From contig CBDAOB010000003.1 of NCBI GenBank assembly GCA_965197905.1, forward strand, positions 608,001-672,000: 64,000 bases of DNA, written 5' to 3'. The position numbers were made by a program, and so were the translations under genes. Positions within the stretch are counted from its first letter, which is position 1, and every line of letters begins with the position of its first letter. Positions 10,597 to 20,921 of this stretch are shown one piece after another. Under the pieces are notes generated by a model. The model did not search any database, had not been told where the DNA came from, and worked only from the letters and a program-made list of their open reading frames with translations. The DNA is from Candidatus Latescibacterota bacterium (GTDB lineage: Bacteria > Latescibacterota > UBA2968 > UBA8231).

Positions 10597-11979
10597 TTAG
10601 TCTTCGATGCCGTACTTCTTGAGTTTGTAGCGCAACCGATTGCGATCGATGCCGAGCATCTTCGCAGTGCGCGCCTTGACCTTGTCGGACTTCTCGAAAG
10701 CATGAAGGATGAGTCGCCGCTCGTAATCGTCCATTTCCCGATCGAAATCCACATCTCCCTCCGGCATCGAAAGATTGGTTTGGCGGCCGCTATCGAGGCT
10801 CACGGGGAGCGCGTCGTCACCGATTTCATCCGTTTCGCTCAGAATCGCCGCCCGCTCGATGACATTCTGCAATTCGCGGATATTTCCTGGCCAAGCGTAT
10901 CCCATGATGATCTCCATCGCCCGCCGCGAAAGACCGCTGATATTTCGCTTCAGGCGGGCGGATTGAAATCGGCAAAAGCTCTCTACCAACGCCGGCACGT
11001 CCTCCATTCGCGCGCGCAGGGGAGGAAGCGAAATGGAGATCACGTTGAGTCGGTAGTAGAGGTCTTCGCGAATCTGACCTTCCTTGACCGCCACCGTCAG
11101 GTCCCGGTTGGTAGCCGCGATAATGCGGCTGTCGAGATGCAACGTTTTCGTACCTCCCACCCGCTCGAACTCACGCTCCTGCAGCACGCGAAGCAGCTTG
11201 ACCTGGATATCCGGGGGAATCTCGCCCACTTCATCCAAAAACAGGGTGCCCTTGTCAGCCAACTCCAACCGCCCCAGCTTGCGCGACACGGCTCCGGTAA
11301 AAGCCCCCCTTTCGTGACCGAAGAGTTCGCTTTCCAGGACCCCTTCGGCGTAAGCGGCGCAGTTTGCGGCGACGAACGCGTCGCCGCTACGGGGACTCTC
11401 CCGGTGTATGGCGCGCGCCACCAACTCCTTGCCCGTACCGCTTTCCCCGTGGATCAGCACCGTCGAATCAGTGGGAGCCACCTTGCGAATGTCATCGAAT
11501 ACCTGATTGATCGCCTGGCTGTTGCCGACGATCTCCCCCATTCCCAGTGGATTGGACTCGTCTTCGAAGGAGGCAATGCGGGCGTTCATCCGCTCGAGCT
11601 CCAGCACCAGCTCGCGCTGAGCCGTGGCGCGCTCGAACTTCACCCTTAGTTCCTTGTCATCGTACGGTTTGGTGAGGAAATCGAAGGCGCCAAGCTTCAT
11701 GGCCTCAACGGCGGTTTCGACGCTGCCGAAGGCGGTAACGACGATGACGATCACCTCGGGCCAGCGACTCCGCACCGTGCGCAGGAGCTCCATTCCGTCG
11801 AGATTCGGCATGCGAAGATCGGTGACCAGAAGATCCACCGTCTCCTCCTCGAGAACGGAAAGCGCTTGCACCCCGTCGTAAGCGGCGGTACTGGTGTGGT
11901 TCCAGCGGTTCACCAGCGCGCAAAGCGTCTCGGTCGTGGTTCGGTTGTCATCGACGATAAGAATGTTGGCCATCTTCAA
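10597..11979 (-). CDS. Sigma-54-dependent response regulator (REC-AAA+-Fis HTH; NtrC/AtoC/ZraR family)
   Basis: ILIVDD, DLRMP, GESGTGKE, ESELFGHERGAFTGA, LFLDEVGE, WPGNIREL, C-terminal HTH. Confidence 0.96.
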   Translation of the reverse strand: MKMANILIVDDNRTTTETLCALVNRWNHTSTAAYDGVQALSVLEEETVDLLVTDLRMPNLDGMELLRTVRSRWPEVIVIVVTAFGSVETAVEAMKLGAFDFLTKPYDDKELRVKFERATAQRELVLELERMNARIASFEDESNPLGMGEIVGNSQAINQVFDDIRKVAPTDSTVLIHGESGTGKELVARAIHRESPRSGDAFVAANCAAYAEGVLESELFGHERGAFTGAVSRKLGRLELADKGTLFLDEVGEIPPDIQVKLLRVLQEREFERVGGTKTLHLDSRIIAATNRDLTVAVKEGQIREDLYYRLNVISISLPPLRARMEDVPALVESFCRFQSARLKRNISGLSRRAMEIIMGYAWPGNIRELQNVIERAAILSETDEIGDDALPVSLDSGRQTNLSMPEGDVDFDREMDDYERRLILHAFEKSDKVKARTAKMLGIDRNRLRYKLKKYGIED

Positions 11980-11982
11980 ATC

Positions 11983-13470
11983 CTAACTGGGCGAGAGGCG
12001 ATCGGCCGGCAGATGAATTGTGAATCGGGCGCCTCCTGCGGGTAGATTGTCCGCCTGGATTCGGCCGCCGTGCTCGACTACGATTTTCCGCGCATTTGCC
12101 AGACCCAGTCCGGTGCCGTCGGCTTTGGTGGTGAAGAAAGGATCGAAGAGATGCGGCAGAACGTCCGGCTCGATGCCGGAACCCGAATCTTCGGTTATGA
12201 AGTCCAATCCACCATCGTCCTCGGAGCGGCTCAAATAAACCTTCACCTTTCCCCCATCTGGACAGGCCTGGATGGCGTTCATGACGATATTGAGCAAAGT
12301 CTGTTCCATGCGCAGGCGATCGATGGAAATCGCCGACCGTCGATCGACTTCCGCCAGTTCGAGGGTGACGTTTCTGGTGCTCGCCTCTACGGCGGCCACA
12401 TCGATTACGGTGACGACCAGATCGGCCGCCACCACTTGGTCGCGTATCAGGGTCACCGGACGAGCATAGGTCAGGAACTCTTCGATGAACCGATTGAGCT
12501 TGCCGATCTCGTAGTGCAGCGTATCGATCGTTTTCCGGTGACCAGGCTCTTTCTCCACACCGAGCTGCTCGTCGAGCAGAGCGATCAGCAGTTTGATGGA
12601 GTTGAGAGGGTTGCGAATCTCATGAGCCACGCTGGCCCCCATCTCCTTGAGGGCGGCGTCCCGCGCTCGCACCTGCTCCGCCATGCGGTTTATCGCCTCG
12701 CCCAGTATTCCCACCTCATCTCTGGAATTCACCGAGGCCCGGGCTTGATAATTCCCCGCCCCCAGGCGCTCGGCCGTGAGCGCCATCTGCCGTACAGGAG
12801 AGGTGATGCTGCGCACGAACAGCAATGCCAGCAGACAGGCCCCCGCGATACAGAGAAAAGTGATGAGGTAGAGGCGCGAGCGCATCTGCGAGATGAGCGC
12901 CAGCTCGCCGGCGCCGGCATCCACCCCCACGATGGCAGCCAGCTTTCCGTGTGCATCGGTGACGGGAGCGTAGGCCGAAATGAAGAACTCGTCTCCTGCG
13001 GCGAGGTATCCAGTGGTGTTGACCGAGCCTCCCGCCGCGAGTTGGTCGCGCATGACCCTGGTCAGGTGCGGAAGATCCACGCGACTTCCGATCAACCTGT
13101 CGTCTATGTCCAGCAAGCTGAAGCCGTCAGGGCGAAACAGGCCGATGCGCGCAACTCCGGTTGCCGCTTGAATTTCCTGCAGCTTCTCCTTTTCCCGGCG
13201 CACCATTCGGGTCTGGTCATCGCCGACGCGAATAAGCTGCAGCCGTTCGATCGGCGTGCTCTTGGCGCCGATGCGCGCGATGTACTGCAGCTTGCGCCCC
13301 ACCTCCCTCTCCAAATGCCCTTTGGCGGTGTTGAAGAAAAGGAGCCCGATCCCACCGGAGATCAAGAGGATTATGAGGATGTACTGGAGCAGCTGTTTGG
13401 CATAGATGGACCGGCCCATGAATTGCCACCACCTGGGGCCCGAATGCCTCTCCATCACCCTCGGCGTCAC
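11983..13470 (-). CDS. Membrane sensor histidine kinase (periplasmic sensor, HAMP, HisKA, HATPase)
   Basis: Two TM; AHEIRNPL H-box; NAIQA, DSGSGI, FDPFFTTK, GTGLGLA. Confidence 0.95.
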   Translation of the reverse strand: MTPRVMERHSGPRWWQFMGRSIYAKQLLQYILIILLISGGIGLLFFNTAKGHLEREVGRKLQYIARIGAKSTPIERLQLIRVGDDQTRMVRREKEKLQEIQAATGVARIGLFRPDGFSLLDIDDRLIGSRVDLPHLTRVMRDQLAAGGSVNTTGYLAAGDEFFISAYAPVTDAHGKLAAIVGVDAGAGELALISQMRSRLYLITFLCIAGACLLALLFVRSITSPVRQMALTAERLGAGNYQARASVNSRDEVGILGEAINRMAEQVRARDAALKEMGASVAHEIRNPLNSIKLLIALLDEQLGVEKEPGHRKTIDTLHYEIGKLNRFIEEFLTYARPVTLIRDQVVAADLVVTVIDVAAVEASTRNVTLELAEVDRRSAISIDRLRMEQTLLNIVMNAIQACPDGGKVKVYLSRSEDDGGLDFITEDSGSGIEPDVLPHLFDPFFTTKADGTGLGLANARKIVVEHGGRIQADNLPAGGARFTIHLPADRLSPS

Positions 13471-13472
13471 CG

Positions 13473-14561
13473 TCAGCTCGCAACCAGGTCGAAGGCGGAT
13501 TCCGCCCTCGGTTTCCCGTTAACCATGATCTGTATCACGTGTTTCCCCGAGTAGTGTTTTCTAGTTGAGAAATCCTTGAAGAGCTGTGTCTTGCTGAGTT
13601 CGATCGCTTCGCCGGGTCCCAGATCGATCTCGGTGAGCTTGAACACCTTCGGACTCGAATTTCCCGATTTCTTGACGTATTGAACGACGTAGTCGATAGA
13701 GAGTTTCTGGGTACGCTTCTTCGTCGACTTGAGCGAAACGTGGAAACGTAGTGAAGATCCCAGGCGCAACCGCTTCTTGCTCAGAACCAGCGGACCTAGT
13801 GCAACTCTTGGCCGGGCTGCGAAACCCAAAAACGGAAACGCCCGCGGATGACCCGCTTTGACCAGGGTCCTGGCCGCCCGTTTTATGATCCAATTAGTGC
13901 GGTCATCAGTTCGATCCCACGATGATACGAGATCGAGCGTCCACTCCGGGTGGTTCCTGGATATGTCATTGAGATGGTTGGCAACCGACTTTCGCACGTA
14001 CAGACTCTCGTCGGCGCGGAGGTTCTCCAGGATGGGTTTGGTCAGCGACGGATCGGCGATGAACTCGGCTAGGTTGAACGACCAGGGTAGTCTTGGACGG
14101 CTACCCTCGCTGGAAAGCCGGCGCACGTGGTGATTCTCGTCTGTGGACCATCTCTCCATTGCGGCGAGGGTGCGTTTTCGATCGCGAATCAGAAACTCGC
14201 GAACGGCGAATTCAGAGGAGGGGTAGACGGTTAGGTACTTCAGAGCCTCCAACGACTCTTCCAAGCGGTCCAGTCCGTAAAGACCGACGAAATCTGGACA
14301 GAACATACCGGTGAACTCGCCTTCGTAGAGCGGGGCGACCTCGAAGAGTAACCGTAAGGCTTTGTCGTAGCTTTGGGGTAGAAAACGATGGCAGGTGACC
14401 GTCGTCCGACGCAGACGCTGCTTTAACTCTAGCTTCTCCAGGTCGATGATGGCCGTCGCATAGAAGGACTTGCGATCAAACGACGGTTCGATCTTGCCGA
14501 TAGCGGTGGCAAGTCCCCGCTAGAACTCGGGATTGAACCATTCCTTCAGTTCCGTGGGCAT
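13473..14561 (-). CDS. DNA alkylation repair enzyme (AlkC/COG4335-like HEAT-repeat glycosylase); in-frame TAG at codon 14 (14520-14522)
   Basis: SSEFAVR, HVRRLSSEGSRPRLPW, YVRKSVANHLND; the frame extends upstream through one TAG to MPTELKEWFNPEF. Confidence 0.85.
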
Positions 14562-14570
14562 GTGGAGACA

Positions 14571-16492
14571 CTAGACCGATCGCCGCATTTTCTCCGTTAA
14601 GAAACGCACCTTCGGCACGATGGCTTTTGCCAGCTCCGAGAATTCATCGAGCTGAATCAGGCTCTGATCCAGGAATCCGTGAGGCAGGAATCGGGCGTTT
14701 TCCGTCAGTTCCGCGGAGGCCAGATTGCCGACCAGCGGAAACTTGCAATGCCTCGGGAATGGATAGATGGCCTGGCCGATGATATCCGCCATGCCGACGA
14801 GAAAGGTAAACGAATTCTCCAGGTGGGGTCGATGGTGGTAGAGGACGACATTCGCCAGTTCGTCTCCCAATCCCCACTTGCGCACCAGAATTTCGCCGAC
14901 CACAGTATGGCTCAACCCTCCGGCGACGGTGCGTTCGACGTCGGCCATGGGAACCTTCCACTCCCGCTCCTCCAGTTCTTTCACGATGAGGGAGAAGAGC
15001 CCGGGATACGACTGCACCATGACCCCCTTGCCGATGTCGTGTAGGATACCGCCCACGAACGGATTCTCGCGCGGGTGGTCGAGCTTCAATCTTCCGGGTA
15101 GGTCGATCTCACGCATCGCCTGCACCGTCTCGTCCCCCAGTCCCAACGCCTGCAACGTGCTGGCAGATTTCGGATCCGCTTCGTCCAGGGGGATAGACAG
15201 AATGTAGGCGGCGAATCCGACGGCCAGGTTGTGCAACCAAAAATCCTCCAGGTCGAAGCCGACCTCGGACACCGCTTCGAGGGTTTGGCGCATCGCCTCG
15301 CTGGCAACCATCCGGCGACGCTTTCCTTTCCCAGGAGAATGACGGCCCGGTCTACCTCGGTGACACTGCTAACAAAACCGTGCGACAGAGAGTTGGCGTG
15401 GCGCAGAATTGCGGCGCAGGTCAGGGGATCCACCTTGATGATCTTGATCCAGTCGCGCAGATCGCTGTCCGGATCCCGCGACAGTAGAAGTATTCGTTCG
15501 TAGACCTGAGGCAACGGCGGGAGGGTGGTCATCGTGTCCAGGTCGTTTACCACGCGACGGTGAATCTCTTGGGGGGTAAGCACTTCCTTCTTGCCCCCGA
15601 CGGTCGCGTTGCGGTCTTGAGCCACGTAGTTCTCGATTAAGCCGGTGAATTTGGCGGTGTCCAGGGAAGAGCGTTTCGCCGTCTTGACGCCGAGTTTCCG
15701 CAGCCCGGTTCGATGTGTTTTGGGAACGTCGTCCGGGTTGTCGTACACCAGCATGACCGCCACGTCTTGCGACTTATTGATGGCGAGCAGGCGAACGATC
15801 AGGGTAGGATTGCCACGACAGCCGGTGGAAAGCAGGATCAATCTCACCCATTTCTCGGCATTCCCCTTCCGCATCTGGCTCATGATCTCGGACGTGCTGT
15901 CCTTGATGACGTATCCGATGTGAACGTCCGTGCGAGACTGGTTGTAGAGGGTGATGGCACTTCCGGCATTGCTGAAGTACTCAGCCACGCGGCGATGCTC
16001 TGGTGCGGAAAGCTCCGTTAGGGACTCGACGGCATCGCCAAACACGATGTGCGGGCTTTCAACCTGCAACATCGAGGCCGTCTGCTCATCCCAAAGTCTC
16101 TGCAGTGTGCGTTCCGCCAGTGCACGGCGATGCCCTCGATGCAAAGAGGCGATCTTCCGTTTCAGGGCTTCCGCCTTCACGGGCCGTACCAGAACCGCTT
16201 CGATACCCAGCTGCGCCGCGCGCACGATGTCCGATTTCTCGGCCCGATCCGCCACCAGCAGAATCGGCAGGCTGTTGCTCTTTTCCTCGCCGCGGATCTG
16301 TCTCACGAACTCCGAACTGACGTTTCCCAGCCCGCTGGTTTCCGCGAGGACCAGGTCGAAGGTCGAGTCGCGCAGGCTGCTCCATGCATCCTCGAAGTCG
16401 TGGACGAGAGCGGGGTTCATCTTCCAATCCTGGAGCCATCCTTGCACCTCAGGACTGGTAACACCCTCCTCCCTGAACAACAGTACATCCAT
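14571..16492 (-). CDS. Receiver-like plus HDOD-domain signalling protein; frameshift near 15311
   Basis: N-terminal atypical REC (FDLVLAE, PILLV, VRPV); HDOD TLPPLPQV, DPLTCAAILRHANS, FWLHNLAV, GILHDIGK across ORFs 15086..16492 and 14571..15311. Confidence 0.85.
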
Positions 16493-16730
16493 TTTCTAAC
16501 GCCTAAGTTGTTAATAATTATAGCCTTGGAAGATAAATGGCTAGCGGGAAAAGTCAAGTATTTTCGAGCTTGGGCGTCCCCACAGCACGCGAATATCGAA
16601 AGGCTGTGTGACTCCGACGCCGCTCATACCAAGGTTGGAAAAACATTCTTTGCACCTTTCGGTGGATGTGTGCGGCAAGCCGGCTCCCTAGATTGCCGCC
16701 AGTTACCGTTCAAATTCTCAGGAGGGAACT

Positions 16731-17420
16731 ATGGCACGCATCATGATCGTCGGATTCGGCGATGAAGGCACGGATATGGCGGCAACGTTGGCGGCGAGTT
16801 TGGGACCAGTCGCCCGAATGGAGGGGATCGAAGGTAATCCCACGCCACCGCCGGGTACCGAGATTGTTGTTTTGGATGGAGATCGAGAGGGCGGAGATCC
16901 TCTGCAAGCCGTGCGCTATTGGGGCGCGAGCGGGATGGACCCAATCCTACTCTCGAGCGAGTTGTCGGTCGACACGGTTTTGGGCATGATGCGGGCAGGA
17001 GCTCGGGAAATTCTTCAGAAACCCGTGGACATGGAAGAGCTGGAGGGGATCTTGGTCGCCATGCTCGAGCGCCGTCGTCCCACGATTCACGGCCTGGCTC
17101 GGCGCATCGACGCGTTCGTCCTGCGCCACGCCGGACGAGAGGCGTTTTGCCTGCGCGACGTCGGACGCCGGTTCAACATCAGTCCCGGCTACGCCTCACG
17201 GTTGTATCGCCGGTACGTGGGCACCTCGTTTCGCAGCCGATTGCTGGAGGTCCGGGTCCGACGCGCGAAACAGCTGATAGAGCGAACCGACGATCCGTTC
17301 TATCTGGTTGCCGAACGCTGCGGTTTTCGCTCGTCCGGGCGACTGACGGAGGCCTTCCGCCGGGTTGAAGGGATGCCGCCGAAGAGCTACCGCGAGATTT
17401 GCCGGGTCAGTTCGCGTTGA
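16731..17420 (+). CDS. AraC-family transcriptional regulator with a degenerate receiver domain
   Basis: C-terminal AraC double HTH (ISPGYASRLY, VAERCGF, AFRRVEGMPP.SYR); SD GGAGG. Confidence 0.85.
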   Translation: MARIMIVGFGDEGTDMAATLAASLGPVARMEGIEGNPTPPPGTEIVVLDGDREGGDPLQAVRYWGASGMDPILLSSELSVDTVLGMMRAGAREILQKPVDMEELEGILVAMLERRRPTIHGLARRIDAFVLRHAGREAFCLRDVGRRFNISPGYASRLYRRYVGTSFRSRLLEVRVRRAKQLIERTDDPFYLVAERCGFRSSGRLTEAFRRVEGMPPKSYREICRVSSR

Positions 17421-17601
17421 TTCGTGCTTCCTGCCGCCGCCGCCAGATTCTTCGCTTGCGCACGTACGGGGTCTCGATGCCGTGACGCCGACACGCCCTT
17501 CCGAAACTGCGCATGTCGATGCCAAGTGCTGCGCTCGCCTCCTTGTTAGTTTTATAGATTCTGGCAGCCCGTTCGAGCAGTGGTCTGGCGGTCTCTCGCA
17601 T
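17407..17601 (-). CDS. Small basic HTH-like protein (64 aa)
   Basis: LERAARIYKTNKEASAALGIDMRSFGRACRRHGIETP resembles a Fis-type HTH. Confidence 0.55.
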   Translation of the reverse strand: MRETARPLLERAARIYKTNKEASAALGIDMRSFGRACRRHGIETPYVRKRRIWRRRQEARINAN

Positions 17602-17864
17602 TGAAGGTACCCTTCGTTGATGTCGCAGCGCCCCTTTGGCGCCGCCGGTGGGAGATCGAGGCTCTGTTCCATTACCCACCTTCACGGATGCACTTTCGCA
17701 TAAGTGCACGATGAACGGGATTCGTTGCGATTTTTGTGAAGAAATTCTCGCCGCAGCCGATGCCCGGAAGGAGGAGCAGGCGGAACCGGAACGCTTACCA
17801 GGGGTCTAATGATCGGAACTTGATACCACGTAATACTTACCATACATATACGTGGCGGTTAGTG

Positions 17865-18215
17865 ATGCAGAATCAGGATAAGCAGACCAAGAATACGATT
17901 GTAGTCGAGATACACGGCAGGAAGTACCGTATCGCAAGCTCCGACTGCGAGCGGATAGAGCAGGTAGCTGCCTGTCTGAACGACAAGATTCGCGAGGTCG
18001 CCACCCGACCAGGATACGGCGATATTTCGCGCACGATCGTACTCGCCGCTCTCGAGCTGACGGCCGAGCTATTTCAAGCCCAGCGAGAGAACGAACAGCT
18101 GTTGCACAAGGCTCACGAGAGCATCAGCCGCTTATCGCGCCTCATTGATCAACGCGGCGATCTCCTCTCGATGACCTCGAAGTGGATCAACCAGCACTCC
18201 GAGACCACCTCTTAA
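17865..18215 (+). CDS. zapA: Cell division protein ZapA
   Basis: IVVEIHGRKYRI, VAACLNDKIRE, VLAALELTAEL followed by a coiled coil. Confidence 0.85.
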   Translation: MQNQDKQTKNTIVVEIHGRKYRIASSDCERIEQVAACLNDKIREVATRPGYGDISRTIVLAALELTAELFQAQRENEQLLHKAHESISRLSRLIDQRGDLLSMTSKWINQHSETTS

Positions 18216-19267
18216 ACCCCGTGCTCCGTCCCTAACGACTGCAATACGGACCAGACCTCGGGCGGCAGCGGTATGCCCGAACGACGACGCTCCCTCATCT
18301 TCTCGAATTCCAGCTCTCCCGGCAGTTTTACCCCGCTGCTGGCCGCTGCAGGTTTGGATGAGGTTACGTAAGCGGCCAGCTCTTCCGCCTGTTGGCGAAA
18401 CTCGTCGGGGGACATGAACGATTCGATGCGCAACGCGAGAATAAATAGGTTGTTCGAACCTGTATATACGTTGCCTTGGGCCCAGGCGGGAGCGCCCAGC
18501 ATGCTGCTGAGAATCTGTACCATGAGAGAGATGCCGTAGCTCTTATAGCCCAAAGACCCTCCGAACGGCAGAATAGCTCCAGCCGCGGTGCCGTCCGGTG
18601 CATAGAGATCGGCCGGATTCGTGCTATACTCTCCGCTCTCGTTCACCAGGGTCATCTCGGGAAGCATCTGACCTGTTTCGCGCAAGAAACGAACCTTCCC
18701 TTCGGGCACCGAGGAGGTCGCGAAATCGACGACCATCGGGTCGCTCTGTGTAGGCGCTCCGAAGGCGATCGGGTTGGTGCCAAGCCGTCCTTCGCGGCCG
18801 CCGAAGGGTGCCACCCAGTGGCCCTCGCCGGCGGCCCCACCACACGCCAGGGCAACGCAGTTCTGACGCGCCGCCATCTCCACGTAGGCACCCAGGCGCC
18901 CCACATGGCAACAGCGCCGCAGCACGGCACAGCCCGCCCCGGTCGATTGCGCTTTTTCGATCGCCGTGGCGGTCGCTCGGCGGCCGCCCACCTGACCGAA
19001 GCTCCACTGACCGTCCAATACTGCGTTCGTGGCCGAGCAATCCTTAACCAGGACCTCGGCACCAGGAACGATGCGGCCGTTCTCTATGTCCTGCACATAC
19101 TGCGAGACGCGCAAGACACCGTGGGACGGCAAACCCATGAGATCCGCTTCCACCAGCATTTCGGCCACCGTGCGGGCCTCGTCGTCTGAGGCGCCGAGTC
19201 CGACAAAAATTCTGCCGACAAGCAGCTCCAGCTGATCGTGCGGCACGACTTCGAAGTTCTCTTTCAT
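18212..19267 (-). CDS. Ldh_2-family (type-2 malate/L-lactate) oxidoreductase
   Basis: ADLMGLPSHG, HVGRLG, GTNPIAFG, D.ATS, GYKSYG, LPGE. Confidence 0.92.
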   Translation of the reverse strand: MKENFEVVPHDQLELLVGRIFVGLGASDDEARTVAEMLVEADLMGLPSHGVLRVSQYVQDIENGRIVPGAEVLVKDCSATNAVLDGQWSFGQVGGRRATATAIEKAQSTGAGCAVLRRCCHVGRLGAYVEMAARQNCVALACGGAAGEGHWVAPFGGREGRLGTNPIAFGAPTQSDPMVVDFATSSVPEGKVRFLRETGQMLPEMTLVNESGEYSTNPADLYAPDGTAAGAILPFGGSLGYKSYGISLMVQILSSMLGAPAWAQGNVYTGSNNLFILALRIESFMSPDEFRQQAEELAAYVTSSKPAAASSGVKLPGELEFEKMRERRRSGIPLPPEVWSVLQSLGTEHGV

Positions 19268-19274
19268 CTACGAT

Positions 19275-20828
19275 TCAGTCCTCAACGGGCGCATCGACGG
19301 TCTGGGCTGCAATGCTCTGCAGTGCAACTCGGCGCTTAAAAGCCATCTCCACCAGCGGCACGGCGTGACGTTCTGATTCCCATAGCTCAACCGCTGGATA
19401 TTCGTCAGCCACCAGCGATAGCTGGAGCTCGTCGTCGGTCCAGTGTGCAACGATATCGTCCACCGCGGCGTTGCGACCGCGCTCGAGGAACTCCGCCAAC
19501 CGCAACATGGCGGCCAGACAGATGAGCAACTTGCCGTCCTTCTCCTCGAGCAGGCCCCGGTACTCGGCGTAATCGGGGGTGCCTTTCCGATGGTAGCGGG
19601 CGATCAAACCGATCAGCGCGATCTCGCGGGCCGAGAAGCCGGGCAGACCGTTAATATTGATCAGGGTCTGGGAATGTTTGTGATGGCCATGATACCCAAC
19701 GAGCGTGCCGATATCATGCAGCAGGGCGGCGGCGTCGAGAAGCTCGCGTTCCGAGGCTCCGTAGCCATGCAACGGGGTGAGCTGCTCGAAGATGCGGTCG
19801 GCGAGATAACGGACGTGGTTTGCATGGGGCTTTTGGTATTCATAGTTGCGGGCGATGTTGAGAACGCTGAAGCGCCGCATGTCCGCATTTACCGGATACG
19901 GCAAATGCTGCCAGAAGTGTTCAAAGAAAACCCCCTCTCGCAGACCTCCCCTCGATATGGTCACGTCCCCTACCCCCAATCGGCTCATAACGGTGCCCAA
20001 CACCATGGCGCCCGGAAGGATGATATCGGCTCGGTCACTGCTCAGCCCTGGTATTCGCTGGCGTTCCGCCAGGGAGAGATCTCGCAATAACGCAATGCTT
20101 TCCTCCACTGATGACAGCGTCAACGACATCCCGTGAAAGGTTTTGAGGGGGTATGGTTGTCGCTCCACCTCCATGCCGGCAAGGTTGCGGATCGTTCCTC
20201 CCAAGCCGATGAGCACCCGGCCTTTTTTACGCTTGAGCCAGGACAGGGACTCCAGCTGCCGTTCGATCTCCTGGGTTAGCGCCTGGAGCTCGCTCGCCCT
20301 GATCAGATCACCGCGAACAAAACGCTCGGTCAGATCGAGGGCTCCAAGTTTGAGCGCCTCACCCCGGTGGAAACGTCCACGGCGCACCTCGCTCAGCTGC
20401 GCGCTGCCACCACCGATATCGAGGACGACCGCTTCATCTGCCGGAACCTCGTTGAGCGCTCCGAGCACCCCATAATACGCCTCTTCATCGCCGGTCAGTA
20501 TCCGCAGCGTCAAACCCAATTCACGCTCGACGCGCTCCGCAAACTCGGCGCCGTTGGCGGCTTCGCGCACGGCGCTGGTTGCAGTGGGCAGCACCAGATC
20601 TACGGCAAAACTCTGGCAGAATCGACTGAACAACCGCAACGTCGAGAATGCCCTGGTCATCGCATCTTCGCTGAGACCGTCGTCGGTCATACCCTGCCGC
20701 AGCCTTACCACCTCGCGAATTTCGTCGTCGAGACGGAAGGAGTAGCCTGGCACAGCGTGCATCACAACCAACCGGGCAGTGTTCGAACCCAGGTCGATTA
20801 TGGCCACCTTCATGGGTTTGGGGGGCAT
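19275..20828 (-). CDS. ppx: Exopolyphosphatase / pppGpp phosphohydrolase with C-terminal HD domain
   Basis: AIIDLGSNT, ATSAVREA.N, DIGGGSAQ, GGTIRN, RADII, GLREG, LHDIG, HHKHS. Confidence 0.93.
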   Translation of the reverse strand: MPPKPMKVAIIDLGSNTARLVVMHAVPGYSFRLDDEIREVVRLRQGMTDDGLSEDAMTRAFSTLRLFSRFCQSFAVDLVLPTATSAVREAANGAEFAERVERELGLTLRILTGDEEAYYGVLGALNEVPADEAVVLDIGGGSAQLSEVRRGRFHRGEALKLGALDLTERFVRGDLIRASELQALTQEIERQLESLSWLKRKKGRVLIGLGGTIRNLAGMEVERQPYPLKTFHGMSLTLSSVEESIALLRDLSLAERQRIPGLSSDRADIILPGAMVLGTVMSRLGVGDVTISRGGLREGVFFEHFWQHLPYPVNADMRRFSVLNIARNYEYQKPHANHVRYLADRIFEQLTPLHGYGASERELLDAAALLHDIGTLVGYHGHHKHSQTLININGLPGFSAREIALIGLIARYHRKGTPDYAEYRGLLEEKDGKLLICLAAMLRLAEFLERGRNAAVDDIVAHWTDDELQLSLVADEYPAVELWESERHAVPLVEMAFKRRVALQSIAAQTVDAPVED

Positions 20829-20921
20829 CGCCTTGGAGAAAATCGTTGAGTAAACGGAAACTGGGTCACGGAGGAGGTAAGCCGAAACTGCCAACTGTTC
20901 TGTGGTAAGGGGAGAGACGAA

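Noticed and set aside
12070..13554. 494-aa plus-strand ORF (also 10702..11649, 40643..41557, 58907..59815)
   Set aside because: Antisense shadows of well-supported genes; expected from GC-rich codon bias; no motifs.
14520..14522. Pyrrolysine or alternative genetic code
   Set aside because: Single occurrence; TAG terminates many other genes here; no pyl genes seen.
18190..18300. 6S RNA downstream of zapA
   Set aside because: The zapA stop overlaps the convergent Ldh_2 gene, leaving no intergenic space.
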